From Harriotta raleighana (lineage: Eukaryota), in NCBI GenBank assembly GCA_050575255.1, contig JBNZDD010013685.1:5327517-5391516 (forward strand): DNA of 64,000 nt. The letters run 5' to 3'. How positions within the stretch are numbered: position 1 is the first letter of the stretch; each line of letters begins with the position of its first letter. Below the pieces are notes generated by a model, which was not told the DNA's origin, made no database searches, and worked only from the letters and a program-made list of their open reading frames with translations. A program made the translations under genes and the position numbers. Below, piece by piece: positions 38,392 to 51,520 of this stretch.

Positions 38392-38529
38392 AATAGGTCT
38401 GAGATGCACCGGTTTGTCAATGCAGGCAAAGCAACTGGTTTCCAGCATACATACAGACCTCAGAAAAAACAAAAGTGTAAATCATAAGTTAGTAATTCAC
38501 TTTATTAACTGTTTGAGTGCATCATGCAT

Positions 38530-39167
38530 TCTATTTGCAACATCTCTGCCGCTGCTTCACCTGTCAGGCCTCTGAAACCCTTACACAATTTTTTGTTACA
38601 TTAAGGCTCGACTATGGCAACTCCCTCCTTGTCAGGCTCCTCAACTCTTCCCTCCACGGGTTGCAGATCATCCAAAACTCTGCAGCTCATGTCCTCTCCC
38701 GCACCAGGTTCCATGACCCCATCATCCCATCCTTGCCCGACTCCACTGGTCCCCATTCCTCAGAGGATTGAATTCAAGATCCATGTCCTCACTTTCAAGG
38801 CCCTTCACAGACTTTCCCTGACCTACTCTCTAACCTGCTGTCCTCCATCAACCTGTCCGCTTCCTCCGTTCCATGTCTTCCGCCCGACCTACCCTACCAT
38901 CGGTGGCCGGGTTTTCAGCCTCTGCCCCTTTGGAACTCCATCCCACTATCCCTTCGCCTTGCTCAGTGCCTTACCTCCTTCAAGACCGGTCTCAAGACCC
39001 TTCACTTTGAGTGTGCTGTGAACCCATGTATCTGCCCTCCCTCGTCCCAGCCCACCCGCCCCTCCCCAACCTGCTATGCTCAGGTCCTGACCCCTGACTA
39101 TCCAGTGCCTTCGGATGTCCTCCCAATATGAAAGGCGCTCTTCAAATGTAATTTTTTTGTTGTTGTT
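38530..39167 (+). mobile_element. L2 3' fragment
   Basis: RLDYGNSLL...LQIIQNSAAHVL...QRIEFKIHVLTFKALH; L2 tail. Confidence 0.9.
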
Positions 39168-39467
39168 TTATTCATAATCTCAATTCCTCAAATATTCAAA
39201 CATAGAAATTAAGATATGGGATGTGTAAATTGACACTGGTGATAATTATCACATCATTGACAAATGCAGCCCACAAAGTCAACTCAACAACTAATGAATG
39301 GTCGCAGGTGTGAACTTATACCACCATGCAGATGTGGTGGAACAGTGAGGTCCCGTCTGGTTGTTCAGGTAAATTATAATTGTTTCATGAAATTATTTGA
39401 AAACTTTCTCCCGTCATTCTGGTCAATAATCCTCAAGAAAAAACTGATACTTTACTTCATATGTTCA

Positions 39468-40368
39468 CTCGAACACATTGTTGCAAATCAACTCCGCGCC
39501 ATCCTCTCCCACTCCCTCTTCGAACCCCTCCAGTCCGGTTTCCTCCTTGCCCACGGTACAGAGATTGCGCTTGTGAAAGTCACAAACAACGTCCTCTCTA
39601 TCTGTGACCAGGGCTCCTTCTGCCTCCTTATCCTCCTGGACCTGTCCGCTGCGTTCGACACAATCGACCATGCCATCCTCCTCCATCACCTCTGTCATCC
39701 ACCTCAGTTGCACTGCACTTGCCTGGTTCGAGTCCTACATCAAAAAGTGCCAGCAGTGCATCTCAATAAACGTTTTTTCCTCCCGCTCTCATCCAGTTAC
39801 CTATGGGGCACCCCAGAGATCCATCCTTAGCCCCCTCCTCTTCCTTATCTACATGCTCCCTGTTGGGGATGTCATCCGCACACTTCCACATGTACGCGGA
39901 TGACACTCAACTCTATTTCTCCACTTGACTTTGCGACCCTCAGTCCCCTGATGTTCTGTCAGCCTGCATGTCAGACATCAGAAGCTGGATGAGCGCAAAT
40001 TTCTTGCAGCTGAATGCTGACAAGACAGAAGCCATACTCTTTGGCTCTCGTCAATGTCTCCATTTGCAAGGCTCTCAACAACAACAACAACTTTGATTTA
40101 TATAATGCCCTCCATGTCGGATGGCATCTCAGAAAGCTTCACAATAGCAGATCCCGGGATCTCACCTCCTCCACCATCCCGGCCTGCCCCTAAAACTCTC
40201 CGAACCTGTGCGCAAACTAGGCATCAGGTTCGACCCCCCCAACTGTCCTTCCTTCCCCACATCCGGTCCCTCACCTTCTTCAACCTCCGATGGATCACCC
40301 GTCTACAGCAATATCTCACCCCAAAAGCTGCTGAAAGCGCTATATAAATCAAAGTTGTTGTTGTTGTT
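39468..40368 (+). mobile_element. L2 reverse transcriptase fragment (frameshifted), with a short minus-strand tail inserted at about 40077-40165
   Basis: LFEPLQSGF..HGTEIALVKVTN..LLDLSAAFDTIDH..GAPQRSILSPLLFLIY..MYADDTQLY. Confidence 0.9.
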
Positions 40369-40989
40369 CATGGGACATTAATGTGTGCAAATTGGATGTT
40401 GCATTTGCCTCAAAATACAGTCACTCTACACTCTACAGTAAATCTTCTAAAACACTTTGAGTTATCATTCTGAATTGAAAGGCGTTATATAAAATTGATA
40501 CATTATTATTATTAATGCTGTTGTTTCCCAACAATGATTTCTCAACTACAATGGCTCCATAATACTAAGGATCGGGTGAAAGAAGGGAAGAGGGAAAATG
40601 AAAAGGGGAATGTTGCTTGCCCTGGGAAGTATGTCAGGATTTCTTAATGACGTGGGAAAAATATTCTGTTTGGCTTGATAGTCATTGAGAATCTGGGAGT
40701 ATCTACGCAGCATTTTCTTCCAAGAGATAAAAATATATTATGTATTGTACATGGAAGGAACAGGCTTAATGGTCCAAAAAATCTTCTCTTTCTATTTTTA
40801 ATTCTCTTTCTTGACACTGCCAGGGCTGACATTTATCATCCATCCCTGAGAAGGTGGTGATGGCTCTTCTCTTTAAAACCCTACAATTCTTCGTAGCCAC
40901 AAATATATTGTTCTCAAGGAAGTTTCATGTAACATTAACTTGCATTTATACAGCATCTTCCTGCAGATAACTATAACAATTGTGTGGTT

Positions 40990-42660
40990 AACACTGAGCT
41001 GGCAAGGGAATGGAGGTGATCACAGGCACAGTCGAAGAGGAGTCTTCATGTGTGATTTGAAAACAGGTGAAGATGGGGCAGAGTGGGAGCACGATGAATA
41101 GATTGAGCAAGGAGTTCCAGAGATTTAGGGCACAGTGACCTAGAGCATGGTTGCCAATTGTGAAGCTGAGTAGGTGAGGGATGTGCAGAAGTTCTGAGCC
41201 AGCTGAGTGAAGGTGCCGGATAGTGGAGTGTGGTGTGAGTAGATCAGAGAGGTAAGGAGGTGCCGAGGCATGCAAAGATTTGAAAGTGGGGATCTTGAAA
41301 TCAATCTGCAACATGTAGCTGGCGGATGCGACTGCAATAACAAGAATAAAATTACATTTATAGAGCGCCTTTCACATCGGAAGGACGTCCCAAGGTGCTG
41401 AACAGTTAGGTCGGGATCCGAGCGGGGGTGGGGAAGGGTCGAGGTAGGGGCATGGGGACAGAGAGTAGGAAAGTGGGGAAGAGTTAGGAGGGCAGCAAAG
41501 GCACATTCGAAGAGGAAGGTCTTGAGACCGGCTTTGGAGAAGGAAGCGAGGCAAAGGGATTGCGGGATGGAGTTCCAGAGTGTGGGGCCAGAGAGGCTGA
41601 AAGCCCGGCCACCGATGGTAGGGCGGTTCGGGTGGGTGACATTGAGGAGGCCAGAGTCTGCTGAACCGAGGGGATGGGCAGGCTTATAGGGAGACAGCAG
41701 GTCGGAGAGATAGGTGGGGGCAAGGCTGTGAATGGCATTGAAATTGAGGACGAGGATTTTGAATTCAATCCTCTGGGGGATAGGGAGCCAGTGGAGATGG
41801 GCGAGAGTGGGAGCGATGTGGTTGCAGAGCCTAGCACGGGTTAGTACACTAGCTGCAGAGTTCTGGATAATCTGTAGCTGTGAAGGGAGGAGCTGGGAAA
41901 GTCGAAGAGGAAAGAGTTCCCGTAGTCGAGCTTTGATNTGCAGAGCCTAGCACGGGTTAGTACACTAGCTGCAGAGTTCTGGATGATCTGTAGCTGTGAA
42001 GGAAGGAGCTGGGAAAGTCGAAGAGGAAAGAGTTCCCGTAGTCGAGCTTTGATGTGGTGAATGCATGAACGAGTGTTTCGGCAGCATGGGGGGGTGAGGC
42101 AGTGGCGGGGTCTGGCAATGTTGCGGAGGTGGTGGAAGGCAGTACCGGTCATGGTGCGGATTTGGGGGAGGAAGGTCAGTTCAGGGTCAAACAAGATGCC
42201 CAGATTCCTGACTGGCTTCGAGAGATGGAGAGTACAGCCTTGGATGCTGATATTGCCAGAGCCTGTGGTGTGCAGTCGCTGATGTAAGCCAATCAGGAGG
42301 ACCTCAGTCTTATTGACATTTAGCTGAAGGAAGTTGTCAACTGCAGGGCCTGGTATGGGTGAGCACACAGGTTGCAGAATTATTTGGATCTTGTTGATAG
42401 TGGATTTGGGGAGAGAGGCAATGAGTGCTTTGCAAAATTGACACGGCAGGTGACAAAAGCATGAGAATTTCAGCAACATTTGAAGTAAGACAGAGGGCCA
42501 TGTGGGGAAGTGGAAGGAAAGGAGTCCCGGTCAGGAACTGGATGTGGGGTAGGAAAGACAACTGGGGATCAGACCTGACACCAAGGTCACATGCAACTTC
42601 AGTGAGTCTAAAGGAATAGACAGGAAAGGTAAGGAGTTCAAACTGCAGGTGAGAAGATGT
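40990..42660 (-). mobile_element. Cluster of L2 fragments; the relatively young copy spans about 41335-42340
   Basis: NFLQLNVNKTEVLLIG..VRNLGILFDPELTF..LQIIQNSAA; CpGs retained; intact tail. Confidence 0.9.
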
Positions 42661-43419
42661 TATTGGGAGCCTAGGAGAATTCCATGCCTTCTTACGAACA
42701 TAGAAAACATTTTGAAATAGTATATTGGGGCAGATCTGTAAGAGTTAACCTGGTATGAAAATAGGTGTAAATACTTCTCTGGGGCTATGAGACAGATGGC
42801 TCTTATTTTGTTTCGATTGTTTATATAGCCATTTGACACACTGTTGAGCGTTAAAATGATACTGCAGTTCTGGCAACAAATCATTGTATGAGATTCGAAT
42901 CTTGGGTCAGAATACATATGAAAAGAATCTGATCTGCTCTTTAAACACCAACTATCAATATTATTTTTTTTCGAGGTGATTGTGCTCAAACCGGGGTGCT
43001 GTTATTTCATAAATCATGAATTTAATTTGTAGAAAAGTTGTGCATTCGCTTCTCTCACTAAAATCTGCCTCAAATTGCAAATTTGAAAAGAGAGATCTGT
43101 TTAAACCCCTGGCCACTACTGGGCTCAAGAGCTATAATCCATCATGAGTTCAAAAGTTGAGAGTGACTGTGGAGCGCAGTGCCAGGGAGGTCACATCTTT
43201 GCTTCTTAAACCAGGTTTTAAAAGTCACTGATTTTTTTTCAAAAATGAACAAAAATGCAAACTCTTTGCAAATTAGAATGCAATTGTTCATTGTTGTTTT
43301 GATTTTAATTCTTGATTGTGTCAAATGATCCTCTTGATTTTATCATGAAAGTGATGCAAATTGTGTCTACAAGGAGAAATCATTGGAAAGATTGTTGTGG
43401 TAACATCAGTCTCTAATTC

Positions 43420-44262
43420 CCTCTTGGTGATGTCATCCAGAGATATGAGGGTAAACTTCCACATGTATGCGGATGACACCCAACTCTACTTTGCCACCTC
43501 AAATTACAACCCCCTGTTCCCTGATGTTCTGTCAGTCTGTCTAGCAGACATCAAAGGCTGGATGAGTGCAAACTTCTTGCAGCTAAACATTCGACAAGAC
43601 GGAAGCCATACTCTTTGGCTCTTGTCAATGTCTTCAGTCTTACGGCTCTCACCTCATCCAATTACCTGACCCGGCCCTAAACTCTCCAAATCTGTACGCA
43701 ACCTAAGCATCAGGTTTGATCCCCAATTATCCTTCCTTCCCCACATCCGGTCCCTCACCAGCACAGCCTTATTCCAACTCCGCCACATTGCCTCTTCACC
43801 AATATCTCACCCCAAAAGCTGCCAAAACCCTGGTCCATGTCTTTGTCACCTCTCTGCTGGACTATTCCAAAGCCCTCCTTGTCGGTCTCCCCTCTGCCAC
43901 CATTTACAAAATGCAGGTCATACAGAATTCCGCCGCCCACACTCTCACCTAAACCAAACTTTGCTCCCTGATTACCCCAGTCCTCGCCAGACCAGAGGCA
44001 TTTTTAACATTGGTGCAAACAGTGCAACACACCGACGGGCCACTCATATTGACGTCCCCAATGCGCATGCGCACTTAGTAAATTTACCATCAGTAAGTTC
44101 CTCTAAGAAAATTTCACCAAATAGTTTGAAATTTTAAAAACGCCTCTGCCCCAGACTTCACTGGATCACTGTCACAGAGTGGATTGACTTCAAGATCCTC
44201 ACTCTTGTATTTAAATGCCTCCACTTCTCTGCACCCCCTATCTCTCCAATCTTCCCTCTCCT
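43420..44262 (+). mobile_element. L2 RT/C-terminal fragment interrupted by a hAT MITE
   Basis: FHMYADDTQLYF..DIKGWMSANFLQLN..LDYSKALL..QVIQNSAA. Confidence 0.9.
43993..44148. mobile_element. 156-bp hAT-type MITE
   Basis: 15-bp TIR CAGAGGCATTTTTAA / TTAAAAACGCCTCTG; TSD CGCCAGAC vs CCCCAGAC (7/8); the L2 continues on both sides. Confidence 0.85.
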
Positions 44263-44263
44263 T

Positions 44264-44712
44264 ACGGCAGCCAATTGTGCACAGCAGTGCAAATATTGTG
44301 GATTGAGAAATGACAGATTTTAATTTTATTATTATTATTGGATATTTTTTCAGAGGGGATTATTGTCAGGCATGTGTGTGTGTCTGTTGTTGGGATTTCA
44401 GATCCCGAGAGTCAGAACCCAAAAGCCTTGGTAAAGGTGTAAATGATTTTATTACAAGAAGCATGATTTATCTTGTGTGTTAAATTAAAACCTACTCATA
44501 CCTAATAAGGATTGTTGAGTTATTATTAGAACTCTCGGGGTCCCGGAAACCCCAACACTGTGTGTCTGTGTCTGTTTGAGGAGTAAGGAAACTTACCCAA
44601 GGTTTGGCCCTGACCTGACCTGCTATGCTGGGAATCAAACGCACGTCTCTCTCTCTCTCTCTGGCTTTCCAGGCCAGTGCTCTATCTCTAACCACTGAGC
44701 TACAGGGACTGC
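44264..44712 (-). mobile_element. SINE family 1 interrupted by the TGT...ACA element
   Basis: SINE sequence resumes at GAGTAAGGAAACTT after the insert. Confidence 0.8.
44388..44557. mobile_element. 170-bp TGT...ACA TIR element with 4-bp TSD (Ginger-like MITE or minimal solo LTR)
   Basis: TIR TGTTGGGATTTCAGATCCCGAGAGT vs reverse-complement TGTTGGGGTTTCCGGGACCCCGAGAGT; CTGT on both sides. Confidence 0.75.
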
Positions 44713-46789
44713 ATGTGGGAGGGGGAGGAAGAGTGCAGATAGAGTGAATGACACCCAGACACTGGCCAGACTGTGAGACACACAGAGAGACACAGAGAGA
44801 TGGAGACAACAACAGCAACAATATGAGACTTGTCCAAGCGCCTTTCACACCAGGGAGGGCGTCCCAAGGCGCTGCTGGACAATCTCTCACAAACGGCAGT
44901 GCCCAATCTCCATCTGGTCACAGATTACTGTCTCTTAGCATTGTGAATTTGCTACACTTTTGGGGAGAGGTTTCCACTAATACCTTCATAAACTGATCTT
45001 CTGGTTTTACTCTATTCACAGGGTAACCTTATATGGGCCCCATATCCCAGGGCCCTTGTTATAAGTAGAGCGTGAAGAAATGACCGACTTCCATGTCATA
45101 GGTCACGACTGATGTAACTTCCTGTGCACTATTCACATATATGTCACCTGCGTGAATTACTGCGTCTGTTAACCTCACAAGCCAAAGTCCCAGCAGGGCA
45201 AGCAATGGAAAGCTTTCTAGGCTGGAGTCTTGATGGCAAACTATGCAGGTTTACACTCTATCAATACCACCAATACAGATTCTGGACTCCCCAAGCCTTG
45301 GCTATTGTCAATCTATACCTATTGCTTGCTAGAATTAGATCAACACAGTACAGTACATACCTCTGAGTGGAGAGTATGTGCAAGGCCATTACAATTTCCA
45401 AGTAAGGTGGAATGCATACATTCAAGTTTAGAAACTTTTAAGCATGTGTATGTCAGCACCTTGGGATGTCCTCCCGACATGAAAGGCGCTCTATAAATGT
45501 AATTTTGGTGTTGTTGTCATACTGGCACAGTGATAGTGCTCTCACCTCAGCTGACTGATGGCTAACCTGAGCCAATACTTTGAGAGGAGAGGAAATGGTT
45601 ATGGATGCATCTAGATTGTCACCTGCCAATCCATGCCTCCCCCCATGCAGTGCATGCAAATAAGTCTGAAGATACATGATGGAATACATAAATAAACATG
45701 GAGAGATAAGATTTAGAGATCTTACAAGACAATTCTTTTGCCAAGAGAGGTAATGCAGTGAGAGGTGTTAAATAGCCAATCTACCATCTGCTGACCAAAA
45801 TCAAGAATGTAAACATTGTAGTTTTAACTGAATGAAGTAAGGAGACCCAGATGAATGCTCATTCTTCAATATGACAGAACGCACTGCTCGGATTAAATAG
45901 TATCGTCCTCTACAATAAAAAATAATTGATAGCACATTTGTAGGAGGCCAGTACAGGTACAATATTTAATTTTCAACTGAATGCAGCATTGCCTTGCCCC
46001 TGCTAACAGTCAGCACAGAGGGAATTGGCCTTGCTCTCTTAAGCACAATTTGACTCTCTTCTTAGTTATAATCCTTATGAACCTGAATTTGGCCTTTGAG
46101 AAACAGTAAGGGCGATATTATTCAGCATTGCAAATCATAGCTCTGGTGGGGAAAGTAATGCTTAATACATGACCAAGTAGGAATCACACATTTTTCAATT
46201 TATTTGGTGCCTAAATTTATTGTGAAGTTAAAATGTGTGAAGTAAAGTCTCTGTGCCTTTACTGAATTTCATTGCCAAGTGATGGCAGAACGGATAATAA
46301 ATAATAATACTTTAATTTATATAGAGCTTTCCACATCTTATCGACGTCCCAAAGCGCTTTACAGATTACGACAACGTCCCAAAGTAGGGAACAGAGCGGG
46401 TGGGGTGGGGGTTCGGGGTAGGGAGAAAAAAGGGAGAAGGGGGGAAAAGGGTAGGGACCAGAGCAGGGGGGGAGGGGTCGTGGTAATGGGAAGGAGTAGG
46501 AAAATTGACTGTAAATTTGTGGGCAAAACGCGGCAGCCAAATCGCGCACAGCAGTGTCCCACAAACAGTCGTGGAAGTGAGAGGGCCAGGGATGAAAGGG
46601 GGAAAGAGGGTAAGGGGAGAGGTCGGGTTAGGGGCAAGAGAGCAGCAAAACCAGGTGTATATTTGGGGATGAATGAGAGAAATAGCAATCGTGTACTTTT
46701 AAATTTATAAATGAACTAATGGAGATTGATCCATCAAGAAAGAAAATGGCGTTTTGGCATTTATAAACCAAGGTGTTGAATTCAGATAT

Positions 46790-47589
46790 AATAATAATCC
46801 TTGCATTTGACATAGTGTTTTTCATGGCTTCTAAATGTCTCAAAGCACTTCATAGAATATACTGTAAAATGAATTGACTGTATATTTGTGGGTGAAACAT
46901 GGCAGCCTATCGTGCATATCAATATCCTACAAACAGTTGTGGATTGAAATGATCGATTTATTGTTGTTTTTTTTCTTGAGGGATTATTAACAGACATGTG
47001 GAGTAAGGAAACTTGCCCAAGGTTTCGCCCTGCCTGGAATCAAAGCCTGGTTTCCCTCTTGCAGCTCTTGTCCTCTCCCACACCAAGCTCCGAGACCACA
47101 TCACTCCCACCTTCGCCGGCTCCATTGGCTGCCCATCCCCCAGAGGATCGATTCAAATTCCATTCACGGCCTTGCCCCCTCTTATCACTCCAACCTGCTG
47201 TCCTCCTATGAAACTGCCCATCCCTTCCATTCAGCGGGCTCCGGTCTGCTCCCTGTTCTCCGCCTGATCCGCCCTACAATCCGTGGATGGGCTTTTAGCC
47301 TCTCTGCCCCAATTCTCTGGAATTCCATCCCACAGTCCCTACGCCTCGCTCCTTCCCTTGCCCCCTTCTATGCCGGTCTCAAGACCATCCTCTTTGATTG
47401 TGCCTTCTGCTACTCTCCCTCCCTACCCTGCCCCTCCCCCTTGCTCTGGTCTCGATCTGAGCAGTCAGGTCGGGACCCGAGCAAGGGGGAGGGGCAGGAT
47501 AGGGAGGGAGAGCAGCAGAAGGCACAAATGTAATTTGGTTTTGTTGCTGCAAGTCGAGAGCTCCATCCACTGAGCTACAGGACTCCACA
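46790..47589 (-). mobile_element. SINE family 1 split by a plus-strand L2 fragment (about 47062-47549)
   Basis: SINE head broken at about 47062 and resumed at about 47549. Confidence 0.8.
47400..47525. repeat. Inverted repeat with 61-bp arms and a 4-nt loop in an L2 3' UTR
   Basis: 47400-47460 pairs with 47465-47525 with 5 mismatches. Confidence 0.9.
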
Positions 47590-48904
47590 ATGGAGATATG
47601 CTGAAATTGTATAGATCATCAGGCAGGCTGTTGTTCAAACATTGTGTTCTGTTTTGTGGGGAAGGTGGTGGGGGGCTTCTATGGAAGTCAAAGCGATGTT
47701 GAGACTGAAATTCATGATGGTGAGTATCGTGGAAGTAGCCCTTCACTAAGATGATACTGGTAATTAGACAATATACATTACCTACCCAGCCTCCGCTGAC
47801 CCACACCAGTCACAGGATAGGGCAGGAGGTCTCTAAGATGCAAGACATCTCTTGTAGAACAAGTTATCCGATCAATTTTTACATTATAAGTACTTACAAG
47901 AATTTCTATAATGAGACTAATTGCATGTTAAGTGGAGTGACAAGTAAAGCTGCATCCTTTTTGTATGGGAAGCAGCCAGGATATTGATAGCAGGATGACT
48001 TATTACGTGGTAGTGACTAGTTAAGACAGGGTCGAATTTTCAGGAGTTAACTGTATAATTAAGCTAGGAAATGGGTTAAAAAACATTACAAATATTATCC
48101 CAAAACAATATTCAATACTATTTTCACACAAGTAGGATTTTTCTTTCATTTTTTGTAAATAATTAAGTAATTTGGCTTTACTGCACAGACATAAATTGAG
48201 CCCAAAGATTAGGAAAATAGTTCAAATCTAACTTATTGCTCATTAAAAGATGTCACTGGAATTTGACTCTTGGAATTTCACTCAGTGATGAATACACTAT
48301 CATCGTATCTGTACAGCTTATTTGATCATTTTTATTTCACCTATTGTCTCCATTCTGACTTTTATGTTTTTTTTCATATGGGAGAAATGCCTGAATTATC
48401 CCTACAGAGCTGCTTTAGATATACATAGTTTTATTCTTTAGGGTCAAAAGAATGAACGTAGACTATTAAGGTTACTGGAATTTAGCCACACTCATTAAAT
48501 TGGATGGCAATGGACTCTGACTGGACATAATCATCTGTGTCATTCTATGTGCAAATTCATACATTAAGGAATAGGTGATTATCATCCAACACCTGAAGGC
48601 ATATTTAACTTGTAGCTGACTTTGAGAATAATTACCCTAATTGCTTTTTGGGTGGAAAGGGCTGTTATCTTCTCAGTGACCTGTCCTCTTTTGTGTGCTA
48701 CTCACCTTGCAGCTTCCTCATCTGGTTCTCATGTGTCACGACTGGCACACACTGACAATCTTGATGTCCAAGAGACTAATAGGCAACCAGCTCATTATTC
48801 GTTCTGAGTCAAATAATTACCGATCTTGGTAAAGGTTTTCCTTCAGGCAAAATGTTCTTGCTCAATACAATATTTCCTTGTGGATTTTTTTTTACACAAA
48901 CACT

Positions 48905-48929
48905 CACACACACACACACACACACACAC
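48905..48929. repeat. (CA)n microsatellite
   Basis: Direct reading. Confidence 0.9.
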
Positions 48930-49559
48930 TTTCCTATGTGTAACGAAAAGAATGAAAACCCGTTAAGATAAAGCATGAGAATAATTCAATTAAGTTGATA
49001 TTTTGCTAATTGATAACAAGTGCCTCATTCTTCCATAAGATTGCTTCTTTTGCAAAATGAACCCAGGCAATGAAAATTGCAGGGTTGAAATGTTATCTTC
49101 TCAGTCTCCCTCTTCTGCTCTGTATACAAACGTGGGCCTGTGTGTATTCCCTTCCCCACCCACTTCATCATTGGCACCCAAGTCTTCAGTCACTATGCCA
49201 CTTTTCTACCTTTATATCTCACCTCTTTGATGGTGCCTATGGTCACTTCCCTTCTCCCTCATCCAATGTCCAACTCCGCTATTGTTTAATGCTCTGAAAT
49301 CCTATCCCATATGAAGGGCTCTATGGCAACAATGCAAGTTGTTGTTGTATATGCCCCAACTCTTCTACTCCCTCCCTCCATCTCACCTCTCTCTACTGAT
49401 CTTGAAAAGCCACCTGATTATTTAGCTCTTTGCCTGTAGTCACTTCCCTCCTCCTCCATCTACATCCCCCTTTTGATGCTTGGAATGGTAAAGTACTTAT
49501 TTAACTTAAACATTTCTGCACAAGTGCAAGTTGTTGTTATACCTACCATCAACTCCATA

Positions 49560-51520
49560 CGGTCCACCACCTCTCCAATCATTCCCTTGAAATCTTCATT
49601 GTCTACCAAGCCCTAAACCCCCATCCACTTTCTCTTGGACATCTCCAACCTCCAATCTTCCCTCTCCCACTTCTCTGAACTCCTCCATATCGTACGAGAC
49701 TTCAACCTCCACTTCACCCCCTCCAGCTCTAGCTCTGCTAACTTATCCTCCCTCCTTTCCTCTCTCTACCTCTCCCTCCACATGCACTGCTCCACTCATG
49801 TCCATGGTCACCCCCTTGACTTGGTGATCACCCAGGGCTTCAACATATCAGACATCACTATCACCGATAAAGCCATTTCAGATAACCACTTCAGATAACC
49901 ACTTCATCTCCATTAATATCACCATATCCCTTCCCTCTACTTAACCCTCTGCCAGTTCCTTCCACCTGGAAAATAATCACCTCCTTCATCCTCTCTGCTG
50001 CCCTGCAGTCACCTCAACTTCTGTCCCTCTGGCAGGAATCCAAATCGAGGGGATCCATTCAGCTACCACTTTCCTCTCATGACCCATCCCCAACCTGACC
50101 CCCATACATCTTTGATCCTATCTCTCCCTCCTTCCTCACCTCCATCATTTCTAAAATGAAGCCCACCATCTGCTCCCTCGACCCCATCCCCACTTCTCTC
50201 CTCTGCTAACCTATATCATCAACCTCTCCTTATCTATTAACACTGATCTCACCCCACTAAAAACAACTGTCATCACTCCCATCCTGAAAAACCCTTTCCT
50301 GAACCCAACCCTAAAATCCAGCTACCGCATCATCTCCAACCTTCCATTCCTATCCAAGGCCCTGGAACAAGTCATTCCATCCAAGATTTGCTCTTTTTTT
50401 TCCCGACATTCTCTCTTCGAACCTCTTTAATCCAGCTTTCATCATGCCCACAGCATAGAGACAACCCAGGTCAGAGTCTCTAATGACATTCTGAACATGA
50501 GCAACCAGGGCTCTCTCTATCTCCTTGTCCTACTCAACCTTTCTGCTGCCTTCAACATTGTCAACCATTCCATCTTCCAACACCACCTCTCCTCTCAGTT
50601 TAATGTTCTCACACTTGTGCTAACCTGGTTTGAGTCTTAACACTCCCACTGTCTCCACTTTGTCGCCACTAACAGCTTCTCCTCCTGTTGTTGTTGTTGT
50701 TGCCCCGCACCATCATGTGTGATGTCCCGCAGGTCCTGTCCTGGGCCCTCTACTTTTCAACATCTATATGCTCCCTCTTGGTGACATCATCTGATGATAT
50801 AGAGTTACTTCTATATGTATGCGATGACACCCAACTCTATCTTTTTGCCTCCATCTTCAATTCCACGACCACTGCTGCCTTGCCAGATAGACTGTTGGAC
50901 ATCAAGTCCTGGATGAGAAGTAACTTTGTACAGTTCAAGATCAATAAGACTGAGGCCCTTTTGATTGGCTCATGCCAGCACCCCCGCAGTTCAGGTAATG
51001 GAAGCATCAACCTCCACAAATACACACGCCACCTCACCAAGCCAGTCAGGAACCTAATTGTCATGTTCGATCCTCAATTGTCTTTTCTCCTCCACATCCA
51101 TGCCATAACAATATTATTATTATTTATTATTATGACTCGCTTTGCCTTCTCTCATCTCTGCAACATTCCCTGACTCTGCCACTACTTCACCACTCAGGTC
51201 GCTGAAACTCACTTTCATGCCTTCATTATGTCCAGGCTCGACTATGCCAATGCCCTGCCTCCCCAACTCCGCAGTCCATAGGCTGCAGATCATCAAGAAC
51301 TCTGCAGCCTGTTTCCTCTCCCGCAACAAGCTCTGCGACCCTATCAACCCCATTCTTACCCAACTCCACTGGATCCCATCATTCAGAGGATTCAATTCAA
51401 TATCCTGGTCCTCACCTTTAAAAACCTAAACCCCTACCAACCTGTTCACTTCCTCCGCTGAGTGGGCTCCAGCCTGCCTCATGTCCCCTGACCCACCTGC
51501 TCCACTATGGGTGGGTAATG
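49560..51520 (+). pseudogene. Decayed L2 ORF2 (AP endonuclease + RT), internally deleted
   Basis: IVRDFNLH..THVHGHPLDLVIT..AISDNH; MKPTICSLDPIPT; SNLPFLSKALE; DDTQLY; many stops and frameshifts. Confidence 0.9.

Noticed and set aside
46385-46640. G-rich potential quadruplex tracts
   Set aside because: Low-complexity expansions within a SINE-like copy; no evidence of function
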